This document shows positions 33,874-43,337 of a stretch of 64,000 bases of DNA, in pieces. The stretch comes from an uncultured delta proteobacterium (lineage in GTDB: Bacteria > Myxococcota_A > Polyangia > Polyangiales > Polyangiaceae). The stretch's first letter is position 1; the number at the start of each line of letters is the position of its first letter. The stretch covers positions 160,001 through 224,000 of the forward strand of contig CAVQUB010000006.1 in NCBI GenBank assembly GCA_963716725.1, in the 5' to 3' direction. A program made the position numbers and the translations under genes. The notes beneath the pieces are model-generated. The model did not search any database. It was not told where the DNA came from and saw only the letters and a program-made list of their open reading frames with translations.

Positions 33874-34956
33874 CTAGTCGATTTCCTTCTTCCGCGTGAA
33901 GCCCGCGCGCTCCAGCGCAGGGTGGCCCGCCGCGAGCCACTCGGCCACCTTCGCCCGGGTGGTGCGGTAGGCGTGCTCGAGGATCTTGCGCCGTGCGGCG
34001 AAGCTCGCCGGGTTGTGCATGAAGAGCAGCGCGTCGGTCGGATCAGGCTCGATCAGCAGGATCTTGGTGGCGCCGCCGCCCGCGATGCGCAGCAGCGACT
34101 CCTGCAACTGCCGGTGCATGCCGATGCGGATCGATTGATTCATGACCCACATCAACCCCTTGTCCCTGACGCTACCCTTCAGCCCGTGCCCGGTCGGAAC
34201 GGTCTCCGCACGCACCGGCACCATGGGGTTCACGACCACGATGACGTCGGCGCCCTCGGATGCCGCAACGTCGAGATGAGAAACCTGAGCCGAGCCCGCG
34301 TCGATGTACCAGCGGTCGGCGATGCGCACCGGCGAGAAGAACGGCGCGACGGCCATGCTGGCGATGCACGCTCGGGTCACGGAGACGTGATCGAATCCTT
34401 CGCCACCGAAGGCGATCTGCTCCGCCGAGTCGAGGTCGTGCGCCATGACCCGGAGCGGCTTGGGCATGCCGTGAAAGGTGTTGGGGATCCCGCGACGCAC
34501 GAAGAAGTCTTCGAGGAAGCGCTCGTAGGCGTCGAGGGAGAAGAGGCCCGACGGCAAGGTGTCGTAGAAACGATCGAGCTCTTCCCAGAGCACGGCGGGC
34601 GAGGGCGCCGGCGCCCTCGAGAGGAGGCTGCTGGTTCCATGACGCAGCGCCTGCCAGGCGCTGACCAGCGTTCGCCTCCAGGCGTCCAGATCCATCTTCA
34701 GGATGTGCTTGCGCTCGAGCGGAAAGTACTGGTCCGCGGGATCGAGGAACGCTCGATACATGCGGGCGGGCGGCTGCCCCGCCGCCAAGACCGCGGCCAC
34801 GCTCGCGCCGCTGTTGGTGCCGACGTAGAGATCGAAGCCCCGCTCCGCGAGCCCGCTCAGGGCGTCTTCGAGGGCGGCGAGGGCACCGATCTGGAACATG
34901 GCGCCGGTCGCGCCTCCGCCCGGGAGACACAGCGCGATTCGGGCCGCAGCGCTCAC
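33874..34956 (-). CDS. Patatin-like phospholipase family protein
   Basis: ALCLPGGGATG, FDLYVGTNSG, ASMAVAPFFSPV, YIDAG. Confidence 0.85.
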   Translation of the reverse strand: MSAAARIALCLPGGGATGAMFQIGALAALEDALSGLAERGFDLYVGTNSGASVAAVLAAGQPPARMYRAFLDPADQYFPLERKHILKMDLDAWRRTLVSAWQALRHGTSSLLSRAPAPSPAVLWEELDRFYDTLPSGLFSLDAYERFLEDFFVRRGIPNTFHGMPKPLRVMAHDLDSAEQIAFGGEGFDHVSVTRACIASMAVAPFFSPVRIADRWYIDAGSAQVSHLDVAASEGADVIVVVNPMVPVRAETVPTGHGLKGSVRDKGLMWVMNQSIRIGMHRQLQESLLRIAGGGATKILLIEPDPTDALLFMHNPASFAARRKILEHAYRTTRAKVAEWLAAGHPALERAGFTRKKEID

Positions 34957-34957
34957 T

Positions 34958-36568
34958 CTAGCGCCCTCGCAGGTGCGGCACGACTCCGCGCTTGCAGACC
35001 GTGTCTTCGGCGAACTCGCTCCGCGTCTCGGCGTAGTCGAGGGTCGAGTGCAGCCCCCGGCTCTCTCTGCGACTGGCAGCGCTCGAAATGATCAACTCGG
35101 CGACGGTGGCGATGTTGCGGAGCTCGAGCAGGTCGCGAGTGACCAAGTGCTTCCAGTAATACTCGCGGATTTCTTCTTCGAGCAGCGCCACGCGCCGAGC
35201 CGCACGGCGCAGGCGTCCGTCACTGCGCACGATGCCGACGTAGTTCCACATCAAGCGCCGGAGCTCGTCCCAGTTCTGGGTGACGACGACGGCTTCGTCG
35301 CTGGGCACGGCGCTACCGATCTCCCACTCCGGCACCTCGGGCAGCGGGCTGTGCCTGAGCTCGGGAAGCAGCGCGCCGGCCTTGTCCGCCGCGCGTCGGC
35401 CCAGGACCAGGCCCTCGAGCAGCGAGTTCGACGCGAGCCGATTTGCTCCGTGCAGGCCCGTGCACGCGCTCTCGCCGATGGCCATCAGGCCGGGCAGGCT
35501 CGTGCGTCCGTGCAGATCGCTGGTGATGCCGCCGCACATGTAGTGAGCCGCGGGCACCACCGGCAGCGGGCGCTCGGTCATGTCCATGCCGTAGCGCAGG
35601 CACTGGGCGTGGATGTTGGGGAAGCGCTCCTTGACGAAGCTCGCCGGCTTGTGCGTGATGTCGAGCAGCACGTAGTCGCTTCCGCTCTTCTTCATCTCGA
35701 AGTCGATGGCCCGCGCCACCACGTCGCGCGGCGCCAAGTCGGCCATTTCGTGGTGCCGCTGCATGAACGCCTCGCGCGTCTCGGGGTGGCGCAAGATGGC
35801 CCCTTCCCCCCGCAGCGCTTCGCTGATCAAGAAGGTCCGAGCCTGGGGATGGTGCAGGCAGGTCGGATGGAACTGGTAGAACTCCATGTTCGCGATTTCG
35901 GCGCCCGCGCGGTAGGCCATGGCCACGCCGTCGCCCGTCGCGACGTCGGGGTTGGAGGTGTAGAGGTAGACCTTGCCCGCGCCCCCGGTGGCGATCACGG
36001 TCTGGCGCGCGAGCACGCGCCGCACGGCCCCCGATTTCTCGTCGAGCACGTACGCACCAGCGCAGGTGTCCGGTCCTCCGAACCTGCTGAGCACGATCAG
36101 ATCGACACCCATGTGCCACTCGAGCAGCTGGATGTTCGGGTTCTCGGCGGCGCGCTCGAGCAAGGTGCGCTCGATCTCGCGACCGGTGATGTCGCCGGCG
36201 TGCGCGACGCGTCGCGCGGTGTGCCCGCCTTCCCTCCCCAAGTCGAGTTCACCGCTGCCGTTCCGAGAGAGCGGCACGCCGTAGTCGAGCAGTTGCCGGA
36301 TCGCCGCCGGCCCTTCCTTCACGCACAGCTCCACTGCGACGTCGTGACAGAGCCCGGCCCCCGCCGACAGCGTGTCCGCGATGTGGCGTTCGAAGCTGTC
36401 GTCCGCCGCGAGCACGGCCGCGACGCCACCCTGGGCCCACGCGGTCGACCCCTCTTCGAGCGTGCGCTTGGTGACGACGACGACGTTGCCGTGGCGCGCG
36501 GCGGAGAGCGCGAAGGTCAGCCCCGCGATGCCGCTGCCGAGGACCAGGCAGTCCGTGGTGATGGCCAT
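34958..36568 (-). CDS. nadB: L-aspartate oxidase
   Basis: GSGIAG, STAWAQGG, REGGH, QFHPT, LISEALRGEG, AHYMCGG, HGANRLASNSLLE, ESRGLH. Confidence 0.96.
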   Translation of the reverse strand: MAITTDCLVLGSGIAGLTFALSAARHGNVVVVTKRTLEEGSTAWAQGGVAAVLAADDSFERHIADTLSAGAGLCHDVAVELCVKEGPAAIRQLLDYGVPLSRNGSGELDLGREGGHTARRVAHAGDITGREIERTLLERAAENPNIQLLEWHMGVDLIVLSRFGGPDTCAGAYVLDEKSGAVRRVLARQTVIATGGAGKVYLYTSNPDVATGDGVAMAYRAGAEIANMEFYQFHPTCLHHPQARTFLISEALRGEGAILRHPETREAFMQRHHEMADLAPRDVVARAIDFEMKKSGSDYVLLDITHKPASFVKERFPNIHAQCLRYGMDMTERPLPVVPAAHYMCGGITSDLHGRTSLPGLMAIGESACTGLHGANRLASNSLLEGLVLGRRAADKAGALLPELRHSPLPEVPEWEIGSAVPSDEAVVVTQNWDELRRLMWNYVGIVRSDGRLRRAARRVALLEEEIREYYWKHLVTRDLLELRNIATVAELIISSAASRRESRGLHSTLDYAETRSEFAEDTVCKRGVVPHLRGR

Positions 36569-36827
36569 GGGAGCGGCAGTATTCCACCCGCTCGCGCCGC
36601 AGGGACCGACAATCCGGCTACCCGCGCCAAACGGCCCCGGCCGCCTGCGGCAAACGCTGCGCGCCCAAGCTGATTGACGCGACGCCCCAAAGGATCTAAC
36701 TCGCTCGGGCCCAGCGGGCCGTTTGCCGGGAAATCCGGCCGGACCGCGCGGCCGCCCCAGACCCACCGGCTCGATACACGGCCACCCCTCGCGGGTCCGT
36801 GGGCGGGCCACACCAAAGGAGCTCGTC

Positions 36828-37658
36828 GTGAAGATCCTGGTCCCGCTCAAGCGCGTCGCGGACCCCGCGAACCACAACAAGGTGAAGATCCCCGCCGCCG
36901 CCGACAAGATCGATACGGCGGGCCTCGAGTGGCAGATCAATCCCTTCGACCTGTACGCCCTCGAGACCGCGCTGCGGTTGACCGAGGACGGCAAGGCGCC
37001 GAAGACCCGCCTGGGAGAGGTCGTCGCCATCACGCTGGGCCCAGTCGAGACGGAGACCAACCTTCGCTCCGCCTTGGCGACGGGCGCCGATCGCGCGATT
37101 CGCGTCGACACCACCGACGACGCCCTGGACGGCCGCTTGGTCGCGGCTGCCCTGAAGGCCATCGTCGAAGAAGAGAAGCCCGACCTCGTGCTGATGGGCA
37201 AGCAGGTCGTGGATGGTGAGAACAACTACGTCGGCCAAGCCCTCGCCGAGCTGCTCGACTGGCCCATGGCGACCTTCGCCGCGACCCTCGAGGAAGAGGC
37301 CGAAGGACTGCTGGTCGGCCGCGAAGTCGACGGCGGAGTGTCGACCCTGCGCGTGAAGTTCCCCGCGGTCGTCACCGTCGATCTGCGCATCGTGGCACCG
37401 GACAGCGTCCGCTCGACGAAGACGGCCGAGGGCTTCAAGTACCCCTACGACGAGGTGCGCTTTGCGCCGCTGCCCGCGATCATGCAGGCCAAGAAGAAGC
37501 CGCTGGCGGTCAAGCAGCTCGCTGACCTCGTCGGCGGCACTACCCTCAGCAGCAAGTACGTGAAGTTCGAGGCGCCGCCGGCGCGCAAGGCCGGCGTGAA
37601 GGTCAAAGACGTGCAGGAGCTCGTCGCGAAGCTCGCCACCGAGGCGAAGGCCATCTGA
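36828..37658 (+). CDS. etfB: Electron transfer flavoprotein beta subunit
   Basis: KILVPLKRVAD, INPFDLYALE, GADRAI, GKQVVDGE, IMQAKKKP. Confidence 0.95.
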   Translation: MKILVPLKRVADPANHNKVKIPAAADKIDTAGLEWQINPFDLYALETALRLTEDGKAPKTRLGEVVAITLGPVETETNLRSALATGADRAIRVDTTDDALDGRLVAAALKAIVEEEKPDLVLMGKQVVDGENNYVGQALAELLDWPMATFAATLEEEAEGLLVGREVDGGVSTLRVKFPAVVTVDLRIVAPDSVRSTKTAEGFKYPYDEVRFAPLPAIMQAKKKPLAVKQLADLVGGTTLSSKYVKFEAPPARKAGVKVKDVQELVAKLATEAKAI

Positions 37659-37689
37659 GGCTCAGGCCACCTGAAGAAGGAAAAGAACC

Positions 37690-38673
<984 letters not shown>

Positions 38674-38689
38674 CGACACCAAGCATCAC

Positions 38690-38720
38690 GCCCGCCGCGG
38701 ATCACCGGATCCGCGCGGGC
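38690..38720 (+). other. GC-rich hairpin between etfA and the tRNA
   Basis: gcccgccgcggatc-accg-gatccgcgcgggc; no U-tract. Confidence 0.55.
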
Positions 38721-38722
38721 AT

Positions 38723-38796
38723 CGGGGCGTAGCGCAGTTTGGTAGCGCGCACGGTTCGGGTCCGTGAGGTCGGCAGTTCGAATCTGCCCGCCCCGA
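38723..38796 (+). tRNA. tRNA-Pro(CGG), copy 1
   Basis: Acceptor stem cggggcg/cgccccg, anticodon arm cacgg-TTCGGGT-ccgtg, T-loop gttcgaatc; CCA not encoded. Confidence 0.95.
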
Positions 38797-38831
38797 CAAA
38801 ACCTGGGTTAAACGTCGAAGGGGAGGGAACC

Positions 38832-39014
38832 ATGGCGGAGCTGAAGAGCACCGAGCGCGGTCTCCTCATCGACATCAAGGAACTGGATCAGTTGCCTAGT
38901 TTGCGCAGCTCTCTGAGCGTCCCGCCGGCGAACATTCAGGCAGTGACGCATCCTCCCTCCGACGCGAAAGGCGGAGGCAACGTCAAGCGGCTCCTCGCCG
39001 CCATCCGGCGCTGA
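38832..39014 (+). CDS. Small hypothetical protein or gene remnant (60 aa)
   Basis: Strong SD GGGAGG before ATG GCG GAG. Confidence 0.45.
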   Translation: MAELKSTERGLLIDIKELDQLPSLRSSLSVPPANIQAVTHPPSDAKGGGNVKRLLAAIRR

Positions 39015-39019
39015 GTGCG

Positions 39020-40270
39020 TCAGCGCCGAGTCAACCCCGGACGGAACGAACGCTTGGAGCTGCGACGACGATATCGTCGCCACGCGAGCCACGCGCCGAC
39101 TGCGGGTAGCAGCGCCGCGGCGAGGATCACGACCCGCGCGAGAGGCAGGCGCGCCTGAGGGAGCGAGGCGCACGCCAGCTCGAAGCTCAGAAACCAGACC
39201 AAGCCGGCGATGAGCGCAGGCGCGAGGAGGAGCAAGGCCAGCTGTATCACGGTCCCTGGAACCCTCAGGAAGGTCTCGATTCCGAAGCGAAGCAGCCCTT
39301 CCCTCGAGAACGCCGTGAGCACGTCCACCACGGCCCTCGGTCCCGATTGCCCGCGCGGAAATGCGAGATGAACTTCATCCCAGCGGTCCGGTGAGAGCTT
39401 CGCCTTGAAGGCCCTGAGCCCGTGAAAATCGTAGAGTTCACTCGATGCGTCCCGGATGGCTCGGAGCCACCCGCTCACGTCGCCCGACAGCGGCGCGAGA
39501 CCGAGCGTGGCATAGGCAGCGTTCTCCTCGGCGACTGCCCGGAGCGCATGGTCGATGACCAACTCGACCGTTCCGTTGGGTGCGGTCGGATCCCGCAAGA
39601 AATCCTCCAAGAGCCAGCCGTTGCGCGCGTACACCGGGACCATGCCGAGAAACGCGACGATGCGCCCGTCTTGCTCGGCGACGAAGTAGCGGTGCTCCGC
39701 CACGAAGTGAAACGGGTGCACAGCCACGAGGAAGCCCATCGGCGCGAGAGTGAGCCTACTGCTCCAACGCTCGATGAGTCTCTCGATGTCACGCCGTCGA
39801 CTCCCGGGCGCGTCGCTGGTCTCGATGGCGTCCAGCCGTCGGACTTCTACTCCCTTGGCCCGGGCTCTCCTCAGCTGTTCGCGCAGACTCTTGGAGACAG
39901 GCCGCGAATCGGCCACTCGCCGCGGGTCCCAGACCGGCTGCTCCCCGATCAGCATCGACGCGAAGTCCACGCTTCGTAGAAAGCGGGGCTCGACGCCGAA
40001 GAAACACGCGCGTCGCCCGGCGTCGCGTGCCGCGCGTACGAATCGGCTCGCGCACATGGCCAAGCACTCCTCGGCGGCGATGGGCGCGCCGGCTGCGACC
40101 CAGGCCCCACCCGTGTCCACGTAGGCCACCGCGCCGCTCTGGTCGAACCAGTAGCAAAACCCTGGCTCTAGCACCTGAAACGAGGTCGCGTTCCAGCCGT
40201 GCGCGCGCAGCCGGTCGAGCACCTTGGCACGCTCTGGCTCGCGTTCCAGCGCAATCTCGGACTGGACCAC
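39020..40270 (-). CDS. DUF2156 / MprF-type aminoacyl-phosphatidylglycerol synthase domain protein
   Basis: WVAAGAP, LREQLRRARAKGV, GWLLEDFLRDPTAPNGTVE, LGLAPL, LYDFHGLRAFKAK; short C-terminal TM region. Confidence 0.85.
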   Translation of the reverse strand: MVQSEIALEREPERAKVLDRLRAHGWNATSFQVLEPGFCYWFDQSGAVAYVDTGGAWVAAGAPIAAEECLAMCASRFVRAARDAGRRACFFGVEPRFLRSVDFASMLIGEQPVWDPRRVADSRPVSKSLREQLRRARAKGVEVRRLDAIETSDAPGSRRRDIERLIERWSSRLTLAPMGFLVAVHPFHFVAEHRYFVAEQDGRIVAFLGMVPVYARNGWLLEDFLRDPTAPNGTVELVIDHALRAVAEENAAYATLGLAPLSGDVSGWLRAIRDASSELYDFHGLRAFKAKLSPDRWDEVHLAFPRGQSGPRAVVDVLTAFSREGLLRFGIETFLRVPGTVIQLALLLLAPALIAGLVWFLSFELACASLPQARLPLARVVILAAALLPAVGAWLAWRRYRRRSSKRSFRPGLTRR

Positions 40271-40485
40271 TGGGCAGAGCTATACCGCAAGCGGAGAGCT
40301 GTCCACCCCCCGCTCAGCGCCCGGGAATATCGCTGAACTCGAAGGTCACCCGAACCTCCCGCCCGCCCGCGGTGCGCGTCTTCTCCGCTGTCGAGCGCGG
40401 AGTGCGAGTCTCGGGCACCCGCTCGGACGTTCAACGTCATGCCTGCTTGACGCGCTCGCGCGCGCGAAGTTCGCTTCGCTCGCCC

Positions 40486-41325
40486 ATGGCCAGCAGGAAG
40501 AAGGAGGAGCCGATCCCGCTCACCGAAGCCTTGGTGTCCGAGGTCGAAGCTCGGGTTCGCGCGGCGCGCTTCGTTGCGAACAGGCAACTCGTGGGCCGCA
40601 TGCTGTCGCGGCACGACGAGCTGCTGCTGATCGAAAAGCTCGTGACGCGCGGGCTCGAGCGGACGCCGAAGGGTCTGCGCGCGCCCCTCGCGGACCAAGT
40701 CGCAGCCGCGGTCGCGGGCACGAGCCCCATCCCGCTCTCCGCCCTCCCGAAGTGCGTGAGCGGCTCCACCGCAGCTGAGGTCAAACGCACGGCGCTTCAG
40801 CTCGTCGATGCGGGCAGCCTCGCGTTGGTCGCGGGCTCGCGCGTGGACGCAATCACGGTGAAGGGAGCGCACCTGCTCGATCCCGACGAGGTGGCCGCGA
40901 TCCGGGATTTGAGCAAGCGCTTGACCAAACTCGTCGCGCGGCTGCGCTCGCGAAAGGGAACTCCATCGAAGACCCTGGCGCGATCCGAGGCGCAAACCCT
41001 GTTCGGGCCCGTGCTGGAGATGCTGGCCGCGCCCAACGCCGCCGCGGGGATTGCGACCGCGCGCGTCCTCGAAACCTTGGCCGAACTCGAACGGTCGCGC
41101 GGTCGCTCCGTGTTCGTCCCGGATCTGGTTCGTGCGCTGGGAACGACGCAGGCGCCTGCGCCCGCCCACCAGGCGCTGCTCGCGCTCGCCCGCGCGGGCC
41201 GGGTGGAGCTTCGCCCCGAGAGCGGCGTCGGAGCGCTGTCGCCGGCGGATCGCGCGCTGTGCCCGGCCGACGCCCAAGGCCTCGTGATTTCTTATGCCCG
41301 GGTGATTTCGGGAGAGACCGCATGA
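40486..41325 (+). CDS. Hypothetical protein with probable C-terminal winged-helix-like domain (operon gene 1)
   Basis: 279 aa; VFVPDLVRAL...HQALLALARAGRVELRP; stop overlaps next start (ATGA). Confidence 0.7.
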   Translation: MASRKKEEPIPLTEALVSEVEARVRAARFVANRQLVGRMLSRHDELLLIEKLVTRGLERTPKGLRAPLADQVAAAVAGTSPIPLSALPKCVSGSTAAEVKRTALQLVDAGSLALVAGSRVDAITVKGAHLLDPDEVAAIRDLSKRLTKLVARLRSRKGTPSKTLARSEAQTLFGPVLEMLAAPNAAAGIATARVLETLAELERSRGRSVFVPDLVRALGTTQAPAPAHQALLALARAGRVELRPESGVGALSPADRALCPADAQGLVISYARVISGETA

Positions 41326-43337
41326 GGGGCCCCTTCGACTTTGAACACGCCGATCCCTGGGGCAGCGACGTCGTCGATGTCGCGTCGCTCAACGCCCACG
41401 TGAGCGACGCTATCCTCTCACGGATCGAGGCCGTGCGCCGCGCAGCTCCGCTCGGTCCGGCGGAGCTGCGGTCGAGCACACTCTTGGCGTTGGGTCCGGC
41501 GGGGTCCGGCAAGACCCACCTCTTCGTGCGGGTGCGCCGCCGGTTGGGACCGCGTGCGGCCTTCGTGCTCGTTCGCCCCGAGATCGGCATCGAAGCGACG
41601 CCCCGGCACGTCCTCACCCAGATCGTCGACTCGCTGCAACACGCTGCCTCGGGCACCACGGACCGACAGTTGGATGTGATCGCAGCGTCCATGCTCGCGG
41701 CGGTGTCGGGAGAGCGGATCGGACCACACGTGTTGCTGGAGCAGCTCCGCCAACGGGACGAACGGCTGCGCGAAGATCTGATTGAGCGGGTCACCGCTCA
41801 CCTCGAGGGCTTGTACTCCGAGGTTTGGCCCGACTACCTGGAGCGCCTCCTCCGCGCACCGTTCTTGCCGGCACCCGACCGCAGGGCCGCCAACGCCTGG
41901 CTCGCCGGGCGCGAGTTGAACGACGTGCAGCTCAGCCGCCTCGGCGGTGGAGCGAGCCTCACCGACTCGGACGTCCTGCCGGCGCTACGAACACTGGCCA
42001 TCGTCGCCGCGCACGGCGCTCCCATCGTGCTCGTGTTCGACCAACTCGAGAACCTGGTCACCGCGGATCGGCAGTCTTCCCGGATCTCGGCGCATGGCAA
42101 CCTGGTGAGTGAGCTGCACGACACCGTCCGCGGCCTGGTCGTGGTCCAGCTCGCCCTCGACGCCGAGTGGGATCGCAACATCCGCCCAAAGCTGGCGGCT
42201 TCCCATCGCTCGCGCGTCGAAGCCAAGCTCCTCGAGCTCTCGCTCCCGACGCCGGATCAGCGCGAAGAGCTGGTGCGCGTGTGGCTCGCTCGCCTCCCGT
42301 CGGTGGATCCGCAAGAACCGTTCCCCTGGCCGTTCACCAGGGCGCAGCTCGAGGCCTGGCGCGCTGCCACCGTGATGACACCACGCATGCTGATGATCGC
42401 GTGCCGCGAGGGCTTCGAGCCGGCGCTTCGTCCGATCAACACGGCGATCTCGGCAGCAGCGGCCCCGGCCTCCGCCGGCGTCAATGTCGGTGATCGCCTG
42501 GCTGATCTCTGGGCGCTGCACCTCGAGCGCGCACGCAACGAGCTCCAGTCCGTCGCCGCCGAGGGCCGCGGCACCGATGCGGAGCGCCTGGCGAGCGCGC
42601 TGGTCGTCGCGGCGGATCTCGCCGAACTCGACCCGTCGACCACCACCGACCGGATCACGCGCACGGTCCGGCTGGGCAAGTCGGACCGCGAAATTCGCCT
42701 GGTACAGCACGCCCATCCTCGCTCTGTCGCCGCGGCGCTCCAGCACACTCTGGCGCTCCAGCACCCCACTCGCGCGGTCGTCCTTCGTGAACACGACCTG
42801 GCGTTCCCACCGACGTGGATCAAGGTCCTCGAGCATTCGCACGAGCTGACCACGCACGGTGTCCCGCTGATCTGGCTCGCCTTCGATGATGCGGCGCGAC
42901 TCGTCGCGCTCCACGACTTTCTCGCGGCGGGACGCTCCCAAGATCTCGCTGGTCCTGACGGGCGCCCGCTCGACTTCGCGACGGTAGAAGGTTGGGTGAA
43001 AGGCAGCGTCGATTGGCAGAGCTGGCCCGTGGTGCGATCGGTCGTGCTCGGGATTGCCGACGACGACGTGGATCTGGATCGCGCGCGTGCGCCCGAAGCT
43101 GCCGCAGCTCCGCTGCGGGTGCCGGACGCAGACTCCGGGTCCGGTGCGCGTCCGGGCCCCTCCCTGGCCGTGCTTCGTCGCCTGCGCGTCGCGAGTGTCG
43201 CGCGGATACTGCGCGAAGTGCGCCGCGTCGACGCGCGTGCCACCGCCACGAGCGTGGCCCATGAGCTGAGGCAGGCAGGTCCGGCAGTGCGCTGGTACGG
43301 TCGACGCTTGTGCGCCCTCACGGAGCGTGAGCCGTGA
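41322..43337 (+). CDS. AAA+-type P-loop ATPase with uncharacterised C-terminal half (operon gene 2)
   Basis: Walker A GPAGSGKT, Walker B IVLVFDQLE, sensor-II-like TPRML. Confidence 0.85.
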   Translation: MRGPFDFEHADPWGSDVVDVASLNAHVSDAILSRIEAVRRAAPLGPAELRSSTLLALGPAGSGKTHLFVRVRRRLGPRAAFVLVRPEIGIEATPRHVLTQIVDSLQHAASGTTDRQLDVIAASMLAAVSGERIGPHVLLEQLRQRDERLREDLIERVTAHLEGLYSEVWPDYLERLLRAPFLPAPDRRAANAWLAGRELNDVQLSRLGGGASLTDSDVLPALRTLAIVAAHGAPIVLVFDQLENLVTADRQSSRISAHGNLVSELHDTVRGLVVVQLALDAEWDRNIRPKLAASHRSRVEAKLLELSLPTPDQREELVRVWLARLPSVDPQEPFPWPFTRAQLEAWRAATVMTPRMLMIACREGFEPALRPINTAISAAAAPASAGVNVGDRLADLWALHLERARNELQSVAAEGRGTDAERLASALVVAADLAELDPSTTTDRITRTVRLGKSDREIRLVQHAHPRSVAAALQHTLALQHPTRAVVLREHDLAFPPTWIKVLEHSHELTTHGVPLIWLAFDDAARLVALHDFLAAGRSQDLAGPDGRPLDFATVEGWVKGSVDWQSWPVVRSVVLGIADDDVDLDRARAPEAAAAPLRVPDADSGSGARPGPSLAVLRRLRVASVARILREVRRVDARATATSVAHELRQAGPAVRWYGRRLCALTEREP

